Of a stretch of 64,000 bases of DNA, positions 14,784-28,414 are shown in pieces (positions within the stretch are counted from its first letter, which is position 1; each line of letters begins with the position of its first letter). This stretch comes from Octopus vulgaris. Lineage: Eukaryota. The stretch covers positions 130,324,001-130,388,000 of the forward strand of contig OX597817.1 in the NCBI GenBank assembly GCA_951406725.2. The letters are read 5' to 3'. The translations under genes and the position numbers were made by a program. Below the pieces are notes generated by a model that did no database searches, was not told the DNA's origin, and saw only the letters and a program-made list of their open reading frames with translations.

Positions 14784-15073
14784 TAGACAGACAGGCAGGC
14801 AGGCAGACTAGCAGTCATTCAGACAGAAGTAGACAGAATCGGAGAGAAAAATGATAGAGGAAAGACAGCTTGAAGGTGCATACAGTTTATGTATGTTTAC
14901 ATTTGTATATATGGGGGTGCGGATGACTGAAAGCACGAGACCGGCAAATAGATAGAGTGTACAGGTGTGTGTGTGTGTGTGTGTGTGGTACGTACATGCA
15001 TGTATTTGTTAGCAAGTATCTGCAGAGCTGCAGATATATGTGTGCGTGCATACTTGCATGAGTATATGTATGC

Positions 15074-15116
<43 letters not shown>

Positions 15117-15592
15117 AATTTAGCATAGCTGAATGAATGAAAGAATTTTCGCAATTATATAGTATCGGGATCGATCTCAATGTGTAGCATTCAAGATACG
15201 TGTCTTTTAGGCCACTGGTCTACAGAATCCTTATGCGTGAATTTAGGTTGGTGGAATTTGTTATAAAATAACCTGTTCCATTTTTTCTCCATATTTAGTG
15301 CATATCTTATCGTTAGAATAAAAAGTATTTACTGTGGTAATGACCTATTTCATTATTGATCAAAATTTATCAATCTAGTTATGGTTCTTGATCACCATCT
15401 AAAAATGATTTCTACTCTAGAAATAAATATTCATTCACACATACGCATACACACTCGCTGCACACTTAAATACACACGCACATACAAATATTTCTGCAGG
15501 TGTTTGTGTGCGTCTTTCTCTCTCCCTCTCTCTACCTCCTCTCTCTCTCTCTTTATATATATATATATATATATATACTACTAATATAGGAT

Positions 15593-15661
<69 letters not shown>

Positions 15662-16340
15662 CTCTCTGTATATATATATATATATATATATACTACTAAT
15701 ATAGGATGAAAAATTCTGTTGGCTAGCTTTCCCCAATTTCAGCACGACGTGTATTTATAGTGAGTGTATAATATGTGGAAATTGACGATTTAAAGACTGT
15801 TATCAGCATATTGGCATGAAAATAATTTCTTTTTTGCCCTTCTTTATAAGTTATATATGTGTGTGTGTATGTGTGTGTGTGTGTGTGTGTGTATGTATAT
15901 ATGTATGCATATATATATGTACATATACATATATATACTTACATACATATACACACATATATATACACTAACACACAATATATAGAGAGCGTGATATTGA
16001 GAGAGATACACACATATGTGTATACATCTATGCATTTTTCTACGTGTGCATGCATTTATGGATGTATGTATATATTACAAGTGGCCACATGGCTATTCCC
16101 ATGGTAGCCGTTTTGTAACGCCATGCATCTGCTTGATGATGATGATCTTGATCATGATTATGATGTTCATCATCATCATCATGCTGATTGTGAGGGAGTC
16201 AACCTCACTGATGCTGCAAGTTGGGCATTCAATACATTTCCGAGCGTTATTCAAGATCTTTAACATTCACTGTGTTGCTTAACCAAACGTGAATATTTGA
16301 ACATAAAACAAAAAAAATACGCAATGTCAGACAGATAATT

Positions 16341-16427
<87 letters not shown>

Positions 16428-16545
16428 TAGATACATAGATAGATAGAAGAGGGCAGAAAAATAGGTAGACAGACAGAGAATTAAATACCTGCGTGTTTAG
16501 GTAGTTTTATACATATGACGGTAGTCAAATAACTGAAACAAGTAA

Positions 16546-16576
<31 letters not shown>

Positions 16577-16684
16577 GTTAATCAAAAAACGGTGGGGAGA
16601 GACAACAAGAAAAAACAGCAACGTGAGGACAGGGTACATACACAGTTTTAATGAGATGCTCAGAGAAGGAAAGAAAGAGTGGTA

Positions 16685-16719
16685 GTTTTACGTTTCGAGT
16701 AAAGCCCTTCTTCGGAAAC
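16685..16719 (-). ncRNA. Minimal hammerhead variant (CCGAAGA core)
   Basis: Minus strand reads gttt-CCGAAGA-agggctttactc-GAAA-cg-TA-aaac. Confidence 0.55.
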
Positions 16720-16869
16720 AGGAGACATAGGAAAGTCCAAAAGAATGGGAACGAGGTAAAAAAAATCGCCAACAGTCTACGAGTAGTTACATTTAGGAAT
16801 GGCCAGAAGTAGATGGACAAAAAGAAAGTGCTTTCTGGGGACAGGAGAGTGTAAGGAATGGTTGGCATC

Positions 16870-18100
16870 TGTGTGTATGTGTAGGTGTGTGCGCATGTGT
16901 GTGTGGTGGCATGTGTGTGTATGGTAGCATGTGTGTGTGGCAGTAACTGAGTGTGTGTGTGTGTGTGTGGTAGAGGGTGTGTGTGTGGTGGTAATAATGT
17001 GTCTGTGTGGTGTGTGTAGCATTTACTATTTACATGTGTTTGTTTATGTGAGTGGTCTGGTGTGTCTGTTAATGTCGTAGTGAGAGATCAGCAGCTATGG
17101 TGGCAGGTGTTTGTATGGGTAGTTGTGTGTTTTTGCACGTGCGCGTAGATGGAATGGTCAGTAGTGAGTCGGTGCAGTTTGAAGGATGTTTGAGAAGCAG
17201 TTCGAAGGATATGTGAATGGGTGGGTGCCGAAGTGTGTGTGTATGTGTGTGTTGGTATGTGTACGTAGACAGAGTGGGAATGTGTGTATGTGTGTATGTG
17301 GACATGTGTATGGGTGCGTGTTTGTGTCCCACTCTTTGTGTCACTGTCTCTCTCTGCATATACATGTGTGTGTTCATGTATGCGTGTGGCGATGTGTGTA
17401 TGTATGTGCGTGTGAGTAATTGTGAAAGTGTATGTATGTGTGTGTATGTATGTGTGTGCGTGTATGTGTGTGTTGTGTCTGTATGGAGGTATAAGTGTGT
17501 CCATGTGTGTGTGCGTGCGTATAAGTATATGTGTGTGTATGTGCGTGGGATTGTGTGTGTGGAGGTATATGTGCATTCATGTGTGTATAAGTTCGTGTGT
17601 GTATGCCTGCCTGCCTGTGTGTGTACGTGTGTGAGAGGGAGATAGGGTTGAGGCTGAGTGTGGGTGCGTTGTCTGAAGGGTATGTGAATGGATAGCTGTG
17701 GTTGTGTGTGGGTGCGTGTGTTGGCATGCATGTGTTGGCCTGCATGTGTTGGCATGCGTGTGTTGGCATGTGTGCGTGGACGAAGTAAGAATGTGTATAC
17801 ATGTGTGTGTGCGCACATGTATGGGTGTGCGCGTGTGTTTATCTTTGTGTGTCATTCTGACGCGCGTTCTCTCACTGTATAAGTGTGCGTGTACCTATCT
17901 CTGTGTGTCACTGTATTGCGTATGTGTGTGGAAGTGTATGTACATGCGTGTATATGTGTGTATATGTGTGCATGTGTGTGCGTTGTATGTAGAGGGTTGT
18001 GTGTGTGGAGGTATGTGTGCATTCGTGCGTGCATGGGGTTGTGTGTGCATGCGTGTTCGTGCGTAAGAGGGGAGCGGTGGTGGTATGTGGTGTGTCGTAT
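16870..18100. repeat. Long degenerate GT-rich low-complexity tract, followed by an A-rich tract to ~18480
   Basis: Imperfect (GT)n/(GTAT)n over about 1.2 kb. Confidence 0.9.
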
Positions 18101-18729
18101 AGGAACAGGAGATAAAAAATTAATACAAATAATAAGTAGAAATTGGTAAAATGAAGCCATGAAAGGAAAAGATTGTGTGAACAAATTAGTGACAGAAATT
18201 AATAAAAAATAGATACAATAATAAAATAAAACATAAAAGGAAAAAATTAAATGTAATAAAAACTAAATATGATTAAATATAATAAAAATTAAATAAAAAA
18301 TAATAAATAATAAAATAAATAAAAATTAAATATAATTAAAATAATAGATGAAAAGTAAAATAAAATAAAAAATAAAAAGATAAAAATAGGAAATAATAAA
18401 TAGATAAAATAAAAGGATCAAAATAAACAAGTATAACAGTAACAGAAGTAAAGGAATAAAAAAAATGAATAAATGAATGATACACAATCAAAAGTGCAGA
18501 AACGACGTATGCGAAGGAATTTATAGATAATGTAATCCAAGGGCTGAGTAAGAAAATCCATGAATAAGGTACTCCAAATCAGTCGGAAGGATGCGGGCAG
18601 TCCGATTGAGCGTGCAGTAAATAGTCAATTCAAATAAATAATCAATTCAAATAAACGAGTAAAATTAAGGGACAACAAGAGGACGTGCTCAAGAAATGTC
18701 TTAGCTTGACGCTCGGTGAAAAGAGAGAG

Positions 18730-18761
18730 ATTGACGTTTCGAGCATAGCTTTCATCGGAAA
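18730..18761 (-). ncRNA. Degenerate minimal hammerhead variant (CCGATGA core)
   Basis: Minus strand reads ttt-CCGATGA-aagctatgctc-GAAA-cg-TC-aat. Stem I is weak; flanks are homologous to 16578-16790. Confidence 0.45.
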
Positions 18762-19869
18762 GGAAAAAAGGAAAAGTTCAAAGAAAGAAACGAAATCGCC
18801 AAAAGTACATTTGTAGTTACAGTACTTTGGCCACAATAATTATAACTAATGATAATGTATTGAAAACATGCCAAAGTATCAGACTCTGTTAGCACAAACC
18901 TATGAAAAATTCCTTACGGTACGTCGGCAGTTATGTGGAAAAGTCACATCACCTCGTTATAGCTTTTCCCTCAGCATACATATCCCACGATGGTATTGTT
19001 TCACATTATTTAATAAGCTTTAAGAAACTTTTTTTTCATTGTCAAAATGACAAATTCTCCCAGAAAGATGAAAGAAATTTTGAACTTCCATTCGCCTGAC
19101 ATCTCTTTGCAGTGAGTAGATGACTACAAAATCATAGCGGATGATCGCTGGTACATAAAACATCACAACCAGAATTGCTTAACTGAAGCAGAAGTTCTCA
19201 GTCATTTTTTATCTATGGACCCCTTTAATTACTATTTTATTCTGTGGACCCCTTTAGCCATTCGATGCTAAAAAAAAACTAGCTTTATAAAAACTTCATT
19301 CAAAATTCCTATTTTGTTTTTCAAACATTCACTTGTGTTTACTATATGAAATGTTAGAGAAAGAAACCTGGCTATTTCTTGCAATATATACCAATACATA
19401 CGTCTAGAGGAAAATTTTTTCAAGGGCTCATAAAATGCTATTCTGGATCTTCACTTTACTATTTTGTTATGTGGACTTCGAAAATCTTATATGGATCGTC
19501 TAAAAGAAGATAAAGCTGAGGTACATGGTTTAAGATAAAGCTGAGGTACATGGATCGTCTAAAAGAAGATAAAGCTGAGATAACATGGTTTAATTATGAA
19601 AAATTTATGGTTTCATATTTATGTTTTGTATGAGGATCATTATAGCAAAAATAAATGCACACACTGGTTCTATTTCACTTCTTTAATTTTTTTTATTTGT
19701 CAATTGGTTAAGTATTTAACCAATTAACCAATCGATTCTTTAGTTAATCGTTCGGTCAATCAATAAGTCAAATTTCTCTGTTCTTTCATCGCCTGAAGTA
19801 GATCTGGAGTAGAGAAGGAATGTAACTGGTGAGACCATGATGAGTGAGCGTGCGAGCGAACGAGAGAGA

Positions 19870-19902
<33 letters not shown>

Positions 19903-20164
19903 AAGAGAGAGAGAGAGACAGACAGAGAGACAGACAGACAGACAGAGACAGAGAGAGTGGGAGAAACGCGGAGTAGACGAAACAGGGACAACTGAAGAAG
20001 GGGAATATTCCTTGTGTTGTATGTCTTGTACTGTGTTTTTTCGTTGTTTGTAAAAAAAGGTCGTTTCCATATTTTTGTTTTCTGTGTTTTCGTTACTCAT
20101 TGAGTTCATCGTTTTTTTTTTTTTTGTGTCCTGTACCCATATATACATGTATATATACATATGT

Positions 20165-20452
20165 GGAGGCGCAATGGCCCAGTGTTTAGGGCAGCGGACT
20201 CGTGGTTGTAGGATCGCGGTTTCGATTCCCAGACCGGGCATTGTGAGTGTTTATTGAGCGAAAACACCTAAAGGTCCACGAGGCTCCGACAGGGGGATGG
20301 TGGCGATCCCTGCTGTATTCTTTCGCCACAACTTTCTCTCACTCTTTCTTCTGTTGGCCTGCTCGCTTAGCCAGCGGGGTGGCGTCATTGAAGGCTAAAA
20401 CACATGGCCAGCGCATTGTGACACAGCGATGTGTAGCAAGACGTGATCACGT
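20165..20452 (+). mobile_element. tRNA-derived SINE, family C
   Basis: Head ggaggcgcaatggcccagtgtttagggcagcggactc...ggtttcgattccc (A/B boxes); matches the reverse complement of 41631-42015. Confidence 0.85.
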
Positions 20453-21220
20453 GATATATACATATAGATGTCGGTATGTACATATATGTATGTATATATG
20501 CATATATTTATATATTATTTATATTATTATATATATAGCTATTTACGCAAAATATCTCATTCTGCATACTAAATAACTACAGAAATGTACAGAAGCATTT
20601 CACACATGTATAACAGAGGGTTGAAGACTTTCGATCAACTAAGATTTCCCAAGCAAGTAACTGACAAAAACTCCCAGGCGAACCTTGTGAATCAGAGTGG
20701 CGGTTCCAGCGCCCCTACCTCCTCATCTTCTGGGCAACGCTTTTTCCATTTTGTCTGTTGGGATCATCAGGCGGTCTGACATATAAACGAAATAGACTTA
20801 AATGAACTTTTGAATACAGACAAAACAAAACGAATCTACTCTAGGAAAAACAATACTTATTTGTATTAATAGTGGCTGTTATATGCAAAATATATTGTTT
20901 AAATTACACAACGGAAAGGCAAGAACAACTATTGGAATGATAAAACAAAACGGAATAAACGAACTTAAAACTCCCTCTGGATAGAAGCATAAATAATAGA
21001 CATATGCACAAACCTACACACAAGCATTCGTTCTTTCACACATATACATACATTCATACATGCATACAGACACGCGCGCGCGTGCAGTTTAAAGATATAT
21101 ACTTATGTTCGTACGTATATTTACGCTTACATATAAGCATACGTTGGTAGATGGATAGATAAATTGAGGGAGTAATGGATGTTTAAATAGTAAATTGGAT
21201 AGAAAGATAGATAGATAGAT

Positions 21221-23168
21221 ATGTTTCTTTATTAGCCACACAGGGCTGCACACAGATGGGACAAGTTACAAGGTAGAGCTTTTCTTTTGGGGGTAAAAAA
21301 AAGGGAGTGGTGGTTTTCGATCAAAAGGGATCGTAAAAGGAAGGAAAGAGGACTAAAAAAAAGGGAGGGGTTAAAAAAAAAAAAAAAAAAAGGTGGGGGA
21401 GAGCAAAAAAATTGATCAATAGGGATCGTGTATCACAGAAATGTTCATGATATGAAGTGTAAAGGGGAAAGCAAGTAAGGTTTATCCGTGGAAAGAAAAG
21501 CCTACGAAAAAGACCACGGTAACCTCGGTCAATGAAGTCACATGTTATATTTCTTTTTTTTTTTTTTTGCAAATAAGCAACTCTCTGTATTCAATTTCTG
21601 GGTTCATAGGATTATAGTCAAGGTGGCTTCGTCATTCATACGTGCCATCCTTGCTACATTCACCCATCTTTTTTAAAACATTCGCTAGACAAAACTTGCC
21701 TCTCTACTCTCACTTTCCTTTCAAGATACTTGAAGAAGTTGATGAGAGATTGACCAGAGAGGAAAGTGTTTGTCTCTAAAGGCGCGTCCACCAGATACAT
21801 TCTTTCGCCATAGCCACAAGTATGAGAGATTGACGATATTAACGATAGAGATAAACCGACACGTCCCACACGTGAAGCAGTCGTTCGACATAAGCCCACA
21901 GGTCGGAAATTGCTGGACACTGCACGATTGCGTGCAGAGCGGTTTCGTCGCTCTGCCCGCATCTCGGGCAGGTCGGCCCCGTGTTTCTCGAGCCATGCCT
22001 ATAGAGCTTATCCCGAACGGGTAACGCTTCTCGGTAGCACCGCCAGGCCAGGAATCTCTGGAAGTTGTCCATAGGTCCCGGGCCGAAAGTCGTTTGAAAC
22101 AGGCGGGTCAGGTATTCCTCGTCGACGCCCAGGTTTGCCCCGAGCTCGTCGTCGTACCTCCCCTCCACTAATCCCCTATAGAATGCTTTGGTTGTGTTGA
22201 AGTCACTGAAGGTCGACCCGGGACGGCAGAGTTGCTTGAGAGCAACGCGACACTCGCGGTGCCATTCGCCCTTCCTCGGCCTCTTTTTGATCCACGACTG
22301 TAGTTCGGTCATGGAGACGAGTTGCGGGAATGCGTGCCTCACAAACGGCGACCACACCTGTTCACCGTCGTCTACATAGAGCCGGAGCTGTCGCAGTCTC
22401 AGCGCGTGTCTGCGCATCATCAACCACGGCATGCCCAGCCCTCCTTTTAACGGATGTTGACAGCAAATGGATCGCCTGACCATCGGGACGCATCCTTTCT
22501 ACAAGAAGCGGAAGAGGATGCGTTCTAGTTTGGTGATGGTAGGGTCGGGACAAGGTACGACGGTCATGCGGTAGTAGATGATGGACGCGATGTACGCGTT
22601 CACCACCTCCGCCCGACCTTTTAGGGACTGTTTCCTCTCGGCCCATTGCTGGGCGAGAGTGACCACCCTACTCGTTATCTCGTTCCAGTTCTTCTCCATT
22701 TGGAGGTCCAGACCGAACCAGACCCCGAGCAACTCAACCGGGCCGTCTGTCCAGCGTCCCACAACGGAGGTACTGGTGGACGGCATGGGCTTGCTTCTCC
22801 AGGTGCCTAGTCGCAAGCCCACTGACTTTTCCCGGTTGATTTTTGCTCCTGTCACCGCTTCGTAGTCTTTCAGTGTCTCGCCGACCCGCTCGATGTGCTC
22901 GTGGCTTGACACTATGACGGTGACGTCGTCCGCGTATGCAGACACGCTCGTCCCGCATCCCAATTCTCGCGGGATGCCCCTTAGAGTCGCCAGCTTCCGC
23001 AGTAGTGGCTCAAGAGTCAATACGTATAGAAGCGCCGAGAGGGGCATCCCTGACGGACCGAACGTGCAATGTCGAAAGGTCTCGATAGATGTCCATTTAC
23101 GCGAATTACCGAACGGATGCCCCTGTACAAGGCAGCTATCCAGCCGCGGAAGACGGGACCGAAACCAG
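21221..23168 (-). mobile_element. 5'-truncated Tx1/L1-clade non-LTR retrotransposon (RT, C-terminal CCHC finger, 3' UTR), frameshifted
   Basis: GFGPVFRGWIAALY...SVRQGCPLSALLYVLTLEPLL, SAYADDVT, GAKINREKS, GGLGMP, CPRCGQSDETALHAIVQCP. AATAAA lies at the 3' end, and the element is GC-rich relative to its flanks. Confidence 0.93.
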
Positions 23169-23212
23169 ACAGACAGACAGACAAAAAGATGGATAGAAAG
23201 ACAGACAGACAA

Positions 23213-23306
<94 letters not shown>

Positions 23307-23585
23307 GAAAAACAGAGAAAATAAGAAGTGAAGCACAACACTAAAAACCAGAAGCAATGAAGCTTTGGACTGCAATCATTGAAGCAAACGGTTGGAAATG
23401 TGTGGACACAAATAAGCAGCATCTCATGTCGAAGCGGTCAGTTTTGCAATTAAAGCTATTAAGTTTATCGACTGACCTTCTCTGAAGCTCTGTCAGTTAA
23501 GATATCTCTGTTGTCCATTTTGTTTTCCACATGGTTGATTCGGTCAATTCCAGAGTAAACATTACTTCTTTCTCTTCTTATAAGT

Positions 23586-23620
<35 letters not shown>

Positions 23621-24144
23621 TTATACATTTTATGACTTTAGTTGAGATATTTTGTTTGCTTGTCTTTTTGTCGTTTTTGAGGGGTTTTTTTTGCTTCAGG
23701 TCATTTCTGGTCAAGTAAACCTATCCTTACCGTGATAATCCTGTCGTGTTTTGTGTATTCCGAATTTTAGACCGGTAGATTTAATTCGTCGCCTGGTTTC
23801 CCATCATCGCTTGGCTTCTTGAATGCCATTAGATGTGTCTTCTATGTTGCAAACATTCAAACACGCTCTCGCCTTTGCGGATACCTTCCTCTTTCCTTCC
23901 GTCAAGGGAGAGAGCTCAAGGGATCCTTTAAAGTGTCATGGGCACTGCCTTCTTTCTTGACAATAAGATAAGAAAATAATATCAATTATTATGTTGGATC
24001 TTCTTTAAAAAAAAAATGATGGTAGGGAGTTTCGAATTAGATGTGGCCGCTTATTCTAGCTGGTCGGCCGATCACGTAGATGTATAACGAGTGTTGTTGT
24101 TGTTGCTATTTAACTTCAAGTTGACTCTGATCGACAGATATATT

Positions 24145-24485
24145 CATTTATTCTTTTACTTGTTTCAGTCATTTATCTGCGGCTATGCTGGAGCGCCACC
24201 TGGAAGGGTTTTTGGTCGAACAAATTGACCCCAGGACTTATTCTTTGTAAGCCTAGCACTTATTCTATTGGTCCCGTTTGCTGAACCGCTAAGTTACGGG
24301 GACATAAATACATCAACATCGGTTATCAAGCTTCTTTCAGTTTCCGTATACTAAATCCACTCACAAGGGTTTGATCGGCCCGAGGCTATAGTAGAAGAAA
24401 CTTGCCTAAGGTGCCACGCAATAGGACTGAACCTGGAATTGCGTGGTTGTGAAGCAAGCTTCTTACCACACAGCCACGCCTGCAC
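24145..24485 (-). mobile_element. tRNA-derived SINE, family A (internal deletion)
   Basis: Matches the other family A copies. Confidence 0.85.
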
Positions 24486-24789
24486 TATTTGTTAAATGGT
24501 TTTTCAGCCATGACCATCGCGTCTTTTTCCTGAAGACAAGGAACCCATATCCACATTATCTGATATGGTCTGTATTGTGGAATATGTCCTTCTTTTCTAA
24601 GACGGCAGATGTGATTTGAAAAAAGATTTGACTGCTATTTGTCGAAGGTCGGGCAGTCGTGTAGGCGTTACGTTGGCTTGAATCATGGTGAGTCAAGTCA
24701 CGTAAAACTCCTTGGTGTTGAAACACGAATAAATAAAAAAAAGATTATGATTTATGATTTGAAATGGGAGATTAAAATATAGTTGTCAT

Positions 24790-25530
24790 GGAGGGTGAGT
24801 GTCGTACTTGTTGTAGCTTTGAGAGCTATAAGTATGAAGCTCAAAACTGGATTCAAAAGATAGGCATAAACGTATAGATAGAATACCTATAAAAAACGGT
24901 ATTGCTTGGAACTGCATGAATCCTCTGCGAATTTCTCGAAATCAGAACGAAGTATGCAACCTTCGTCCACTGGTTGTGGACAGCTGACACTGCGTTACCT
25001 ATCCCAGCGAAGATGCTGTATTAAACAACTATAAAACAGTAACAACAGCAGCAGCAACAGCAGCAGCAACAACAACAACAACAACAACAACAATATGGAC
25101 GAAAAGGGGACTTTGACTTCCAAACAGACAAAGTGTTTGAACACAGAAGGCCGGACATAGTAACCTTTAGGATGGACAAACAAGAATGCCTAATAATCGA
25201 CGTGGCAGTTCCAGGAGATCAACATATTATCATGAAAGAAAGAGAAAAGATCGATAAATATGGAGACCCGAGAATTGAGATCGCCAAGATGTGGCAGCTA
25301 CGGAGCATTGGGTTCAATACTACCCAGCCTGAAGAAACATTTGGAAACTTTAGAAATACCCTACAATCTAGGTGTAATTTAAAAATCAGCATTACTTGGA
25401 ACTGCACGCATATCGCATAAAGTATTGTCTGTCTGAGGTCCTTGTTGTGATTTGACAGACTGTACTAACTCCTGGTAGACACAATATCTTCAATCAACAA
25501 TATCACGATATTGGATACCGTATGACGTTT
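24790..25530 (+). mobile_element. Two 3' fragments of RLE-type (R4/Dong/NeSL-like) non-LTR retrotransposons
   Basis: EHRRPDIVTF...CLIIDVAVPGDQHIIMKEREKIDKY (PD..D restriction-like endonuclease) at 25133+. KTVLLGTA*IL at ~24895. (AAC)n and (AAT)n tails. Confidence 0.8.
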
Positions 25531-28051
25531 TAAATAATAATAACAATAATAATACTAATAATTGCTTCAAATTTTGGCACAAGGCCAGCAGTTTCAGAGG
25601 CAAGTCAATTACATCAACCCCAGTGATCAACTGGTAATTATTTTATCTAACAGTTCTGCATGTCCATTGTTCTTTAGACCGATTTTGTCAATCCACCGAA
25701 CGACTCTGATACTTGATTTAGTCGAGCCTCAGAAGGATGAAAGTCGACGAAGGTGACGTCGGCAGGATTTGAACCCTAAACATAATGAGCTTGAGCAAAT
25801 ATTCGCAAGGTATTTATTTTTATACGCTCTCACACTTCTGCTAATCCACTAGCCTGGACTGATACTTTATTTTATCGGCCCTCAAAAGGATGAAAGGTAA
25901 AATTGACCACGGAGGAACTTGAACCCAAAACGCAGAAGACTAGAACGAATACCATAAGACATTGTTTTTCTTTTGTCTCTTAATTCACTTCGATTACCAT
26001 TGCAGGCGGCGAATTGACAGAGCCATTGAAGCCTACTAAACATCAAGAACGCCAGCAATTTCTAACATATTGGGTTACATATCCATTAATTTCTCCATTA
26101 TTGGGTTACATATCCATTAATATTAAGTTCAACAGAAAAGCAACTTTCACGCTTCGGTGAAGACCACGTTGACTGATTCAGTCATCACCAAAACCTACAA
26201 ACTAACGAAGGAGCGCCTAAGGGGTCGCTCGTCTTGCAGGAAATATCAGCGAAATACGTTTTAGTGTCTTAATAAATTGAAGGACTCATCGGATAATGCA
26301 ATCTCAGATACACTCACTTTGCTTTGGAGAAAAATGAGATGACCACGCGTGCAACATCTTTGAAGATAGCCCTAACTTTGAGCTAATGAACAACAGCAGC
26401 AACAACAGGAATACGAGAACGGATTGACCGTGGTGAATCTACTTCTTGCACGGACTATCACATTTTACTCTATAGAATAAACCAGTAGTTGCCAACCTGG
26501 GGTCTGCAATGGTAGAACTGGGGCTCCGTACACTAAATTCAAAATTTCATGTCTCTGTGTGTATGTGTGTGATTGCGGGTGTGTGTGTGTGTGTGTGTGT
26601 GTGTGAGGATAAACATATTAAAAGGGATCCGCGGGAAAGCTCATTTTAATAGAAGGGTTGAGAACCACTCTTGGGAACCACTGGAAAAAAACCTTTGCTT
26701 GAGTGCGATGTTCCTCAAAAAGATGGATCTATTTGGAGCTATGGATTTGTGAATCGCATCGAGTTGTTCAACTGACCATCTACGAGCTAATTATGCAGTC
26801 ACTGAACGACCTAGAAATAGCAACTATGTCTCCTTTAAATCACGCCTTGCCGTCGTGGAGGTTTACATTAGCCCTGGATACATTACGTCCTGAATAAACG
26901 ATGTGACAGTCGTAGCTGGAATGTCTTCCCTCATAGATCTGAAGTTCACTCAGGCTGACCCGAGGCGACTATTTATGTTTCCCTGGCCGTCTTGGTTAGC
27001 ACTGACCTGGACTAACCAACAATATCAACATTATCAACGATGTCGGCAACAATGACAACAACAACAGTGATGAGTCCTTTCAAATGTGTGGTGCCTGTTT
27101 ACAGCCACGTAGACTGTAGTTTATTTGTTTTTACCCCCAGGTTACCAACTACCTCTTTCCCTCAGTTAGCTGGTAGTCCTGTATCCTCTTGACTCAGTCA
27201 TTCATTTGACAGATACACTCTAAGCTCTAGCAGTTCACATTAATAAATATGAATGTACCATATAATTAGATCTGTTGTAAAATGCATTGTAGGATACCAA
27301 AATTTTAAAACTCAATACAGCAAGGATTTTTATTGAGACCTATTTAATTTCCTCTTCTCTTTTTCTCCTTATTCCCCTCTTGCGAACTTGTAGAATCATT
27401 AGAGATTCGCCTCAAATATTTTGCAGGTGTTTGCTTCCGTTCCTTGCGTTTTGAGTTTAAATCCCACCGATGAGACTTTACCTTCCATCCTTTTAAAACT
27501 GATGATTATTTTACCGGTCCGGAGCGATGGATCAGATGAATTGTTAAAGTGCCGAATAGGGTTCTCTCTTATATTAGTCAAGCTGGAATACAGTAGTAGC
27601 AGGGCGATGGGGTAGTCCGCCGACGACGAGGCTTTTATGAGGACGGCACTTGTGAGCCTGCTCTGTAAGCCTGTGAAGGCTTTGGGGCCCGAGAGCGGCG
27701 GAAAACGCAAAAGCCTCCCCGAGTGGCACACATTGTGCTGGACTTATCTGTTGAGGACCAAGAATATTAGAAATGAATACACACTGTGTAAGACCGATCA
27801 GAGAATACAGACTTGCAAATTAGTCCTCGACTCCTTAGATTTAGAAGTGGAAAAGAGAGCTATTGCGTTTACACTTTTCCGCACAATTTCAGTCAATCAA
27901 ATTCGTTCTCAAGGTATTGGTTATAGAAGACATTTGCCTAAAATATTGCGCAATGGCGATGAACCCAACACGATGCAGCTGCGACGGTGCCTGTATATAT
28001 TTATATATGCATGTACATGTATGTATGTATGTATGTATGTATGTGTGTATG

Positions 28052-28085
<34 letters not shown>

Positions 28086-28263
28086 TGTATGTACGTATGT
28101 ATGTATGTATGCATCTATCTGTCTAACTGTGTGTTTGTCTGTATGAGTAAGGTTGTGAACCGGATTTGATAACTCTGAGTGCAATTATGATATATAGACG
28201 GAAATGTATTACACATTGAGTAATTAATAGTCGTTATTTGTCACGCAGTCAAAGTATAGATAA

Positions 28264-28414
<151 letters not shown>

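Noticed and set aside
19490-19592. Short iterated repeats that could suggest a CRISPR array
   Set aside because: A local slippage duplication with no unique spacers, in a eukaryotic context.
20165-20240. tRNA-like heads (also at 31110, 41940 and 44546)
   Set aside because: They are SINE heads continuing into repeated bodies, and no complete cloverleaf forms.
20730-20777. Minus-strand CTGATGA...AAAA-gcg-TT hammerhead-like motif
   Set aside because: GAAA is not in register with stem II and stem I is only about 2 bp; at best decayed.
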